In this document: piece by piece, positions 1 through 11,741 of the stretch | Layout: every line of letters starts with the position of its first letter | Position numbering within the stretch: the first letter of the stretch is position 1 | Assembly: GCF_000143415.4 (NCBI RefSeq) | Contig: NW_003314424.1 | Span: forward strand, 37,194-101,193 | Direction of reading: 5' to 3' | DNA length: 64,000 nucleotides | From: Selaginella moellendorffii | Lineage: Eukaryota; Plantae; Lycopodiophyta | The notes under the pieces: generated by a model | The model's database searches: none | Told to the model about the DNA's origin: nothing | Seen by the model: the letters and a program-made list of their open reading frames with translations, nothing else | Position numbers and translations under genes: made by a program

Positions 1-16
1 ATGCCATCTCAGACTG

Positions 17-3000
17 TTATTTTTTGCCTCCACGCCTATACAATAATCTTGGAATTTCATCACTCTCCACACTATCAGGATTTAAACCCAATAGTAATGC
101 CATCTCTTCTCTAATACGTCCACGCTCATATTCAGTGGTCGAAGAACCCATCCGGTTGAGCAGATTATGGAGATGCGGATAGTGCTTGGCTAGACAATAT
201 ACATGCCATAAATGATGACTGGTGTCTGTCCGATCAAATGGCTTCTGATATACCGTTCCATCTGCCATTTGGTTGATTTCTGCAGCCACCTCCTGGACTG
301 GCCGGTTCTCTATCACCATCGCTCCAAGCCGTTTTGCAAGGTCCCCCAGAACATACGGTTTCTTCTCCCTAGTTTCCATACTGCAAGAGATGGGGTGCAC
401 TACATATGTGTGCGTGTTCGCTGCAATTTTAATCGGCGAGTCATTGATGATGAGGATTTCACTTGAGCTAGCAGTCCGGTTCATCACTACAGCCTCTGGC
501 TTGACGAAGATGGGCTTGCTACCCCTCACATGGACCATAGTCAAGCAATCCTCCTGCGTTAGGAGAAAGTCAAATGGTAATATTACTCGCGTCTGATCGT
601 GCATCATCTGAAGCAACGTTAATGCATTGTGGCGCATCATGGATATCCAAACTCCCAATTGCAAATTGAACCCGGCCCTCTGTTTTAAGTGTCGCATGGT
701 CATTATTAGATCCCGCAGTTTCTCCCGTGTGATTAATGTGAATCTGTCTCTTTTGACCAACTTGCGACCGCAGGCTTTGGAGGGTGCAATGACATTCGAG
801 GACGAGCCACGCTCATGGGAGAAAAGGACACCGTTCAGATCAAAAACGATACAGTACCTTCGCCGTGACTCTGAAATGAAATGCGTCAGCATAAAAAATG
901 GTACAAGTCAATTTTACCATCTACAATATTAGCGAATGGTGCTCCCGATGGTCGTTGAGAGGGTTTTGGTCGAGGAAACGTGAAGGGCGGAAATACTCTC
1001 CTCTGCAATGTGGGGTCAATCGCATCCGATGGCGTGTGGGCACATGCCATTTTAGCTGTAGACTCTGGTACAACTGGCTCAACAGTGGCATGGGGTGGTT
1101 CCGATGGCGTGTGATCACACGCCATTTCAGCTGGTGCCTCCGTTGGCAAAGTGGACATGACCGAACAGGCAGCAGGGGCGGTGTAGGGAGGTTCCAACGG
1201 CGCGTAGTCAGATGATTGGGCACACGTTGAGTCCGTTGGAAATGAGGATACGACCGGCTCGGCAGCTGGGGTGGCCTCATGTGGGTCCAATGGCGCCTGG
1301 TCACCGTCAGTTGGATACGTGGACAAGATTGACTCAGTGGTATGGGCAGCATCAAGTGGAGCGTGGTCAGCTTGCTTGGCGTTGATATGGATAGTAGCCT
1401 CCACCAGCTCTGATGACTCTTGCAGCCAAGTAGAGTCCACTGGCGGATCCATATGCATGTCCAAATATCTCCCTTCGATTGAGATGGTATCCTCCCGTGC
1501 TACTAAAAACAAACTCATTAGCACATTGAATCGACTATACTGTATTTACCATCAACTGCTATTGAGGAACTAGGACCGATATCACTTGGGCGCACTGCTG
1601 ATTCTGAAGGATTGGACATACGTTTCGACCCTTGCTTGGCACTATCCTTCCTCGACACTAAAGGCTAGAGTTTGTAAATTCAACTGAATAATCTCTACTT
1701 ACCATTTGCTCTGCAACCTACATGGACAATGTTAGAAATGGTAAAAGGTTAGGAATGGATGTACTATTATTTACCTGATGGTTTGTCTTGTATGACCTTC
1801 CTCCGCTGCTCTTTGGCCACCTCAGGCTGGCCATCGTCGTCATCATCGTCGTCGTCGTTATTGTGATCGTCACCATTGTGAGGACCATCCAAGTCCTCTT
1901 CGTCCTCCTCTTCTTTGTCCTCCTCTTCGTCCTTCTGCTCTTCCTGCTCATTATCTTTCTTTGGCTCCTCATCCCCCTCCTGCATTTCTTCCATAGGCTG
2001 CTCAGGCTGGATGGCTTGTTCTTCCAGGACCATCTTGGGAAAATCATCTGGCCGAGTCTCCATCTCAAAATACAAGACATCCATAGCCTGTTTTAGTGCA
2101 TGACCTAGGACCGTATCCTCACCCGACTGTCTTAACATGGTTTCTGCACGTTCTTGCACCCTTCGAAGACGACGAGATGAGAAAAACGTGGCCCTGACTT
2201 GAAAAGCTTCCCTCATCCATTGTACCTCTCCATTGAGATTGGGGAAGGGGAGTCCGCCATAGGAATCTGAGTCATGAGGTGGTGACTGCCTGCTTTCACT
2301 CAGCCCTTGATCTGCAATGAATGGCATGAGCACACACGCCATAACTGCGAGGCATTACCTATCATCTTTTCGTTGCCCTTCTTCCTTTTCGAATCAAACG
2401 CCTCTGATCTCGACGACTGTCCAACGTGCTTTCGCTTTTTATGACCACTGTCAGTTTGAGCTTGGCTGGTGCTTGCCTGTTTTGCCTTTGAAGAAGTTTC
2501 TCCTGCAAGGAATGGCATGAGACCACACGCCATTGCAAATATAATTTGTACCTCCTTTTTTCCTATTGCTTTTCTGTTTGTCCTTCTTCGATGCGCCACC
2601 AGTGCGCTTTTCAGTCCTCGTGTCTGAATATTCACAACGATCTATAATCAAAATGGCGTGAGGCCTCACGTGACCTTACCTTGTGCAGGTTGTGAGCTCG
2701 GCCCAACATGGGTATCTTCAACAGTAGCTGTTAACGCCGTTTCAGCATCTGGGGGTGGCCACGCTCCTGCATATAGAGCTTGTGAGATAACATTTAAACT
2801 TAAAGTGTGTACTCACCAGGTTCGCAGAGAAGATACTATTTTTCTTTGGCAACTGTAATTATATGCTCCATTGAAGTCACCTCTTCAATGGAGTTTGTCA
2901 CCGCAACACACGGGACACCCTTGAGTAGTGCGGCTCGAAAGAATAGTCCGCCACAGTTGTACTCGACAACGCATTTGCCCTTGGAGTCGGAAGCAGGTGA

Positions 3001-4587
3001 CCCACCCGCTATTGCGTTGAAGACCCAGCTGAGCATTTCCCATGCTGCACCTGGAGCTTTCTTTGGATTCAAAAGCTCCATAGCCGTCTTCAGTTCCTCA
3101 GGCACGGGTAAATTGACCTCCCTCAGATCAATTCGATTGGCCTTGTCGAACGAAGCTGGGAAGTCACTCCAGTCCCACTCTGCTGCAGGACCAATAACAA
3201 GGGCGAGTGTGAAGATACGGACATTCGTCGGTATCTTCTTCTTAGCCATTATCCCATGGATCTCCCGCATCTCCTTGCCTTTCAACCGAGCCTTCACCTC
3301 GTTCAAGGCCTTCCAGAACTTGTGATAGGATTCGGAGTCATAGATCATATAGTGGACTGAAGATTCCACCTCCGCAAGTCCCACCATTAAGTCAATGATG
3401 GAGCTGACTTCGTCTGCATGAGTGATCTCCTCATTTGTGAAGTCCATCACACAAAAGATGTTCTTGACCTGCTTATCTCCGCGGGAAACGATGCTCCTCC
3501 ACCTTTGATCCTCATCCGAATTCAAGTATACCCGGTAAGGTTCTCGATAGGCCTCTGCTGCGGGGTCAAGCTGTTTCTGAAGCCGGCGGTCGACATCAAT
3601 CTTAATGAAATTTGGATACTAATCCAACTTCTCAGCTTTACTTTTCATGGCATCCCGCAGCAGATCAATGAACTTGGGGGCCCCCTTCACGTACTTGTCG
3701 ATGTCTTCATTTGACAACTCCAGCGCTTCCATCATCTCTTGCGTGGTGTCGATGCTCACCCTCTCCACGGCCACTTGCTCGAAGATCCAATCCTTCAATA
3801 GCGCACGAGCTCTCAGAGTCGTGCACAAGTCCTCGTATGTCACAATATGGCCGGGAGTCATTTTGGTCTTGTTGAAGACTACCTCACCACGTAGAAGAGC
3901 ATTAGCCACTGTCAGAAGGTCGTCGTCGTCTAGAGACCGCGAGAAACGCAAGGCGTTGAGCTTCAAATCATTGGGCTTCCGGCCGTCCTCCACACCCATT
4001 GAGTTTGGCAACTCCCCGTCATGGTACCTCCTCAGCACATCTACCCATTTGTCAAAAACAACTTTTGTCGCGAGTAGAATGTTATGGATGCTGAGTGTGT
4101 CATTGACCCCCAGTGTTTTCGAGAGAAGAATTGAGAATTCCTGCAATGGAAATGGCGTGAGGCCACATGCTATGCCACATGCAACGAGGCTTACCTGCCA
4201 GGTGCTAGTTGCTAGTGCACGTCCTTATCCTGGTTTTTGTGGCTTCTTCAGTTGAACCCAGAGCTTCCGTGTTCGTGCCAATGTCTCGTGCAGACCCAAT
4301 TTGTAGCACGTTTCTTGCTTGACATTCTGAGCGTGGGAGATGTATATGATAGATCGGAGGGGCGAGTTGCCTTTTATCAGGCGGACAACTCTTGTCTTGA
4401 AGACTTTCTTCACCTCCTCGCCCACCATAATATCCACAACTATCTCTTGCATCGCCAAGCTAGAATGCTGCCCGGAGACGGCATAGAACCGGATGTTCTG
4501 ATCGTCCAACACCTTCCTATTGATCAAGTCTGGAAACCTCGTCTCGCCCTTCATTGTTCGGTAGTAGGGGATCCTCTCTTCTATTTC
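17..4587 (-). pseudogene. Multi-exon accessory gene: ParB/Srx-like domain + possible degenerate MTase-like fold + acidic/repeat linker + FCP1/SCP-like HAD phosphatase; 5' part lost, 3 premature stops
   Basis: Exons (minus strand): ~4587-4195, 4140-2817, 2766-2680, 2641-2552, 2502-2359, 2311-1775, 1717-1703, 1657-1550, 1502-918, 870-17. Nine GT-AG introns of 38-57 nt join them and keep one frame (about 1379 codons). Motifs: FYAVSGQHSSLA...ISHAQN (ParB-like); IVFDLNGVL, VWISM, FVKP, INDSPIK (HAD motifs I-IV). In-frame stops at 4225-4227, 3619-3621, 2836-2838. Confidence 0.8.
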
Positions 4588-7500
4588 GTGCCAAAGTTCC
4601 AGTTATCATACTTTGTGCTAGGGCTGTTCATGGCCCTATCATTTGGCTACCTTACCGCTCCCTCCCTTGGAGCTTCCACTTTTGCCAAATCGGAGCATTT
4701 CAGAATCCCTCCTTGGAAACACACTTCCTTTCCTGCAACTTGTTAGCGTCCAACACATTAGTGTTCCTCGCCTAACTTTGTCACTTGGATTCCCCCCAAG
4801 GGATTCCACGGCCCTATCTTGGCCACTCATCTTTTGCTCCTATCCATTGATTTTTGCACCAAGTAACATCGAATCTCTACCTCCCTCCTTGAGGTATTGT
4901 TTCGGTTCCATAACAAAGACTCTTCTTTGCCAAGTCCGGAGGATGTTCACCCCTAGTACGTCTCTTTAGCATCTTCTGCTATGGGCTCTATCCACCCTAA
5001 ACCCAACTTCGTGACCCTCCCATGGGTCTTTTATAGAGACTACTTTCCTCGGACTCACTATGCCATCTCACGGACATAGTTTATTTCCCTTAGGTGCTCT
5101 TCCCACTTGGTCATCACGACCAAGCCACACCACCTTAAACAGTTCAATTTCAACATTTTGAACCAGGAACTTCATTCCTTAGCCAACCAAGGACCTTGTC
5201 CTTATCTGGCCATAAGATCACCTAGTGATCTCACCTTGGCACCTTAACAGAGTTGCCAAGAGGTACTTGGTCTTCTAGACTTCCAAGTTGTTGACTATAA
5301 CCCCGGGGGCATCCCCCACACTTGGCGGTGCACCCAAGCCAGCCCTTACAGCCAAGGGTTCATAGCAACTGAGATTAGGTGTCCCCATCTCACTCACCAC
5401 GACCTTGGTGCCACTTGCACCAAAGCGTTCAAGTTAGATATGCTGAGCTTTCACACTAAGCAATCTAACCGTGCATCACGACTCCGAGGCATCCCTCGCT
5501 TGGCGGTGTGCCCAAACCAGTCTCCCCACTTAGAGTCCATGACCACCGAAATATGAGTGTCCTCATATTCCAAACCATCACCACGCCCTAGTGATTTGGG
5601 ACTCGAACCCAAGCACTAGAGGGTCGGGACTCGAACCCAACCTCCGTATATGCATCTACGGACGGCATCACACAAGATGCCTAGCGTGACTCCCCACGCC
5701 GGTGCACCAACTTATTTTTAAAGCGCGCTATAGATCACAGCTTAGGAACCTAGTTCCTCCACACTGCCAAGTCCTCTCACTTGACATGTCTGTGATCATG
5801 CATGGACTCCTCCATGCTTGGCCCCATGGCCCACCCTTTTTGAAGTTATCACCTTCAACTAGGGTATTTGTTCCCCCGAGGTGCCAATCTCGCTTGGCAA
5901 GTCCTCCGACCACTGTAACATGGTTCCTGCATAAGCGTGAAAGTTCTTGACTATCGACTTTCGTTCAAAGCCCTCTCTTTGAACACTCGGGAACTACTTC
6001 CCTAACCTTGATAGCCTTGCCTCATGGCAAGCTTCAAAACCACGCTTCTGCTGCGCCACTCTGATTTCGCGCGTTCCATGAACCATTTACACTTGGCCTT
6101 TCTAGGTACTAAGCTACCTAGAATCGTCTTTGGGAACCTTGAAGGAACTCTGTCCCTTAGCTTGCTAAGGCCTCCCTTTTTGCAAGCTTTCCAATTACCA
6201 TATAGTCTAACATGGACAATTCCATATTTTAGACTCTCCATGGCATCACGGTTGCTAGCGGCAACACCCTCGAGCCCCCACTTGATTCTCCACTCCCAAC
6301 TGGCATAACCAACCTTGGTTATGCCCTTCGATTCCTATGGTTCGGTTCTACCCCCTTACTTCTTGCTTTTGGCTTCACACCTTTCCTTTGGTCATTCTCC
6401 TCCAGACCAGGAGGATAGCTTTGCACTTTCTATCATGCCTTAGCAAGTATTCTTAGGGGTGCACCTACCCGATAGCCTAGGGAGTGGTTCCTCAATCCAG
6501 GTATGCTCACCCTATAATCCCACACATCGAGATTACGTTGTTGCTTATGGGCCTTTACATGCCCATCGCTAGCCTTACCAAAATTCCATTTTTGGCTTTG
6601 TCCAATTTGAGTAGACAGTCTTCTCCTGTCTCCGCCACCTTGGACATTTGGATAGCACCTTCTATCCATCATTCGCTAGGGACTTAGTCCCTTGGGCTTT
6701 ATCTATTGCCCTCGCAACATCAAACACCACCTTCTGGTGTTCTAGAGTGTTCGGGTGTCCCAATTTAAGCTTTCTTGACAATGAGTATTTCCTTTTATGA
6801 CATTGACTTACTATATCGCAACACAAGCAACTTATCCCCCGTAAGGGTGTATCCGACTTCCTTATGCTATTAAGAAGTCTTGGGTAGCTACCTTCTACCC
6901 GTTCAACCAGTTATTTTGCACCTCTTGCTTAGTTGCCTCATAGTTGTCAAGTCCTACAACTCATTGTTTGGTGCTTTCACACCTCCATCATTATCTGGGT
7001 CACCACACTCCAACTGCATGCTCTGCAGCTTAGGCTATGCCATTCCCATTTCCATTGGGATTCCTTTGGCAAGGGGTTCTCATGAACCCACCAACATAGC
7101 CTCAAGGTATCACACCTTGGCACATTTGGTGTCTCCACACCATCGGCTCCACGAGCCTACCTCTATGACACTTCTTCTTTGTGTCTAAGTCTTTGCCAAG
7201 ACCAATACCACTCTTTCTTATGCCAACCATCCGTTAGCACTGCACCATAAAGGTCACACACAACTTTGTTTCAAAGTTGTTTTCTTTTGGGAACACCTTT
7301 CCCATAACTTTCGCATGGCACATTTTGCCATCGATGAGATACCCTCTATTCTCATCCTTGGATCCTATGATCCCCCCCCCCATCCTTTGTGGGGTACAAC
7401 ACACCTCAGTCCAAATGCTTCCATCAGTCCTTTTAGGACCATCCCTTGACTCTACTTGAGTCATCCAGCAGTTTTGGACTTGGTTAATCCACAGACCCGT

Positions 7501-9060
7501 AAGGTCCTACTTGTGAGGCACTAGCTCACTGGAATACACTTCTTGCATTCCGGTCCTACTCAAAAGGACTATTTTCACAAGTGTTACTCCGACACTTGAT
7601 TTTGTTCTCTGGGGGCAACCTTTGCCCCTTAGAACTACTTGTCCATGTGATGAGAATACCAACTCATCCACTTAATACACCCCCAACTCCTTGGGTTGTT
7701 CCAGCATTTATTAGAGGTAGCCCCGGCTACCATTTCAAGGACTTGTGTCCTCTTCCGTATTTGACCTTCCACGGTCATTACCTTTGGTCTCACATTCATG
7801 AGCACCAACCTCAACTATATGAGGATAATCTTGTGACTCCTTTATTGTTTTGGAGTCTCTATCTTTCCCGTGATCCCAACTTTAGTTGTTTACCACAACA
7901 ACCTAAGCCAATTTGCTGAGACAAATGCTCATCCGGATCACATCCTCAACTCAATGAGGAAAACCTTGCACTATTCCCAAGATCCCAAAGTCGTTCCATT
8001 ATTGGCCCTTTTCTATCCACCACCTCGTCTACAAGTTCACACATGAACTGTAATGGAAAGCCATGTCTTCCCGACTTGCTACTTCTCAAGGATAGGCCCA
8101 CTCCTTGGACCTTCCGATGCCAACACTAGTGGTGATATACTTGAGCACCAATAAAAGTCGGACTAAGGAACAGCTCCGATACCAAATTGTAAGCGACTAA
8201 ATTTTCCATTCTACTTTAGTCACTTAACCACACCTCCGACCACTTGGAGGAGTCTCATTCACAACTTCCATCAGTCCAATTCAGGACTTGGGGCTTGCTA
8301 GCCCCAAGAATGGCATCCATGCCACTCAACACTTGCACCTGGTCCAAGTGCTCCACGTGTCCGGTCCCAAGACCGACACCCAAAGGTACCACTGACATCT
8401 CGGCCCGTTACGCTAAGGCCATGCCCATTCACCTTTGTTGCACTAGTGGTCCAATACCACTTGCATCACAATCCCGTCTCTCCAAGACTGGGCCATCTCG
8501 GACGCCATCTCGGGTCCATCTCGGACTCCACTTCGGACTCCAACTCGGGTCCATCTCGGGTCCACCTCGGACTCCACTTTGGACTCCATCTCGGACTCCA
8601 TCTCGGGTCCATCTCGGACTCCATTTCGGACTCCAACTTGGGTCCATCTCGGACTCCACTTCGGACTCCAACTCGAGTCCATCTTGGACTCCATTTCGGA
8701 CTCCAACTCGGGTCCATCTCGGACTCCACTTTGGACTCCAACTCGAGTCCATCTCGGACTCCATTTCGGACTCCAACTCGGGTCCATCTCGGACTCCACT
8801 TTGGACTCCAACTCGAGTCCATCTCGGACACTCCCACGTGTCATGTGTTGGTCCTTTTGGGTCCCTTTTTGGAGCCTTGCCTTTTGCTCGCTTCGTGCTC
8901 GTTCCTCGAGCACTTCGTTGGGAGTTCCACTCCCGCTCTTGACTTTTCAAGTTGGAGCTTTTGGTCCAAACGTGTTACGCTCATTTGGCTCTCGCTTCGG
9001 CCACTACCATGTGGCGCCCTTCCGGCTCCACTTTGGGGCCTAGGGATTTTGTGTCTCACA
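4588..9060 (-). mobile_element. Non-autonomous LTR retrotransposon (LARD-like family A), copy 1: 5' LTR + PBS + internal region, 3' end truncated
   Basis: LTR 8188-9060 (TG...CA, internally deleted relative to 58221-59957). Met-tRNA PBS (GCTCCGATACCA on +) adjacent at ~8173-8184. Internal region is the reverse complement of 18221-21710 and has no recognisable gag/pol ORF. Confidence 0.85.
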
Positions 9061-9204
9061 TCTTGAGGCTGCATCCTAAGATGGCGTGAGGTTACACGCC
9101 ATCTGTAACCGGACTGCACTCGAGAGCCCAATCGGTACATGCCAATGTTGCTACTGAATGGCATGTGGCCTCATGCCATTTTCTATTTGGCCTAAAAGAC
9201 TTAC

Positions 9205-9545
9205 CATTTGAAGCCGAATGGAGGCGTGACAACCGGACTCGCTGGCGAATGTGCACTGTGTGTGCAGCGGATCGTAGCAGCAAGGCTACTCTGCCACTTA
9301 CAGTTGGAGAGTGGCACTGAAATCTCCCGGATGCCAAGTGGGCTGCGTGTGGGTGGCGGAGTGGGCGGCGGAGTTGGCGGCGAAGTTACAAACTGGGTGT
9401 GTCTTGAAGTGGACGCCGATGCACACGAGCGCGAGTGTGATGCAAGCGTGAGTGGACGCCAATGCACACGAGAAACCTGTAGAGAAGTGGGAGCGCGAGT
9501 GGGAGCGCGATGCGAGCGCGAGTACGAAACAAAATGCAAAACCTA
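9205..9545 (-). other. Probable GC-rich 5' leader exon of the accessory gene
   Basis: Ends in a GTAAGT donor at 9204 (minus), followed by an intron-like stretch with two palindromes. GCGAG/GTGGGCG-type microrepeats mirror the leader at 11195-11439. Confidence 0.45.
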
Positions 9546-9587
9546 ACCTCACACGCGCAAAATGTCACGACGGTTGGTAATCCCGCC

Positions 9588-11130
9588 ACGTCATCATTCC
9601 TCGGACTTGGGCGCCACCATTAATTTCTGGATCGGCGCGCGCATGCGTGAAATCCAAAAGAAATCCGCAACGTCATCATTCCTCGGACTGCATGCACGCG
9701 AAATCCAAAAGAAAGATCATGATTGGGATATCATTTAATACCCTCGCTATATTTATACCATGCATGATTGGATATTCCAAAGCATCTTGTATTTCCAAAA
9801 ATGCCAGATGTTCAGCTAAATAAATTGTCAGAGGATTTGATGTGACGTTCAAGCGTGTGGGCTCATGCAATTTTGATCCCAAAAAATGCACCAAAAAATG
9901 CTCGGCGTCATCTGGCGTTATCTCTTGAATGGCATGGGGCCGCATGCCATTTTCAGGAGCACATAGGAGTATATTCCTAGAATATTCTGACATGCGTGAG
10001 ATTGTTTTGAGTTTCCTGGAGATCCAATTGTTAGATCGCAACTAGATTTTACAGAATGGTATACAATGTCCTTCTTGATGACCCTGCAAAGAAGCATCTC
10101 GATCGGACACCACATGAGACCACACGAGCCTTACAATTTTTCAGGGGCATTTGCCATAGATCCAACCGTTATTTTGCTCCAAGATTCTACAGTTTGGTGT
10201 GCATTGACCTTTCCATCGACACTGCAAAGGGACATCACAATCAGATGCGGGATCACAAGAAACCAACTTCACTAACTCTGGTTTCACCAAGATCTACGTA
10301 AGGAGTTATGAAATGAAAGGACCCTCTCTATTGAAATGTGTTTATAGTCTTAGGGGCATTGTGACATATCAAAGGATTTTGCATTAAGTTCTGTATTTGC
10401 ATGTTTATCAAGCTACTGAATTGCTAAACCCTAAACCCTAAACCCTAACCCTAAACATGTGGCAAATGCTGCGTGAAGAAAGATGTCCTTTCTGGGCAAA
10501 TGCTGTAAGAGGCAGATTCCGAGCAGATGTATCTTAGGCTAGCGAAGGGGACAAACGAAAGCTAGCTATAAACATGACGGGATGCAAATAGATTACTAGG
10601 CTGGTCCTGCGAAAATCAAAAACCATAATTGAAAACATTGAAAATGCAAAAAGAAAGGTTTATAATATTTTTGAATTTTAAGCAACCAAATGAATGTAAG
10701 TAGGGCATGTGTTTGTAAGTTTAAAAATGCCTCAACCACTTAAATTCCCAAGTAAATAAAGCTGTTTCTATTTTTGGTACAGGTAAACTTTATAGCGTGT
10801 GGGCTCATGCAATTTTGAACCCAAAAATGCACCAAAAAATGCTCGACTAGCATTATTCTTTGAATGGCGTGTGGCCTTATATTGCCATAAATGGACGTAC
10901 ACACACAGCATAATTATTCCTTTACACGGCGAATAATCTTGGCGCGGATCGCTGACATGGCATGGCAAAGTTCGAATCACTGACATGGCACAGCTGGATC
11001 GAGGCAAGGACATGATGTGACAAAGTTCAACCTCCGACAGCAAAGTCTAGAAGCTACTCAGTTTGAAATTTGTCAGAGGAATCATAAGATCTGGTTTGTC
11101 AGAGGATTTGATGTGACGTTCAAGCGTGTG
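9588..11130. promoter_or_regulatory. Divergent promoter region with internal direct repeats and telo-box array
   Basis: ACGTCATCATTCCTCGGACT at ~9588 and ~9670. Block 9823-9905 recurs in two parts, at 10794-10845 and 11095-11130. (CCCTAAA)n at 10424-10456. Lies between two divergent genes. Confidence 0.5.
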
Positions 11131-11194
11131 TTATTTTTGAATTCTCGAACTCATTCCTAGGTCTATCATTTTTGTGCGCCGTGTTCTTGGTTCC

Positions 11195-11741
11195 ACTGAG
11201 CGCAGTGAGCGCTGCTTGTGTAAGCGGCGTTGTGAGCTGTGGTTTATGCGTCTACAAGCGGTTGCGGCATTGCGAGCGCCATTGCGAGCGGCAGTTTATG
11301 CGAGTGGCAGTTTGTGCGAGCGGCACTACGAGCAGTTGCGGTGTTGCGAGCGGCGCTACGAGTAGTTGCGGTGTTGCGAGCGGCACTGTCTTTGGTGTGG
11401 CTACCGCTTCCTCTTGATATTCGGCACTTGTGCTTCCTGGTATGTTCACCATGGAATGGTTTAGGACCACATTTAGAAATGGCATGAGGCCACATGCCAT
11501 CTTGGGCCCTTGCAATTTCATGGCTAGCGTATTGTCATGTATGTTTTTACTTGCCTGCAGCTATGTGTATATCAAGATGGCATGAGGCCTCATGCCAATT
11601 TTGTGAATGCGAAATTTCACGTGGGTGTCAATAGCATGTTTGAATAATGGCATGTGGCCTCATGCTATTTGGTATGTTATGATTTAGGCCATTCTCCAAT
11701 CATTTTTTGTATGGTCTTAACTTCTTTTCTGCACTTTCAGA
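11195..11741 (+). other. Probable 5' leader exon and 5'-UTR intron(s) of the transposase
   Basis: TTGCGAGCGGC microrepeats at 11270-11385; donor GTATGT at ~11440; acceptor-like CTGCAG at 11560 and TTTCAG at 11740, immediately before ATG 11742; three palindromes inside. Confidence 0.55.

Noticed and set aside
2836-4227. Programmed readthrough or U-to-C editing of the three in-frame stops
   Set aside because: Nuclear TE context with pervasive transition damage explains them more simply.
8244-9066. Long overlapping ORFs with SRTP/HLGL/MESE repeats (also 22287-23041, 57857-58253, 58945-59972, 60953-61316)
   Set aside because: Six-frame products of the stop-free LTR minisatellite; no evidence of coding function.
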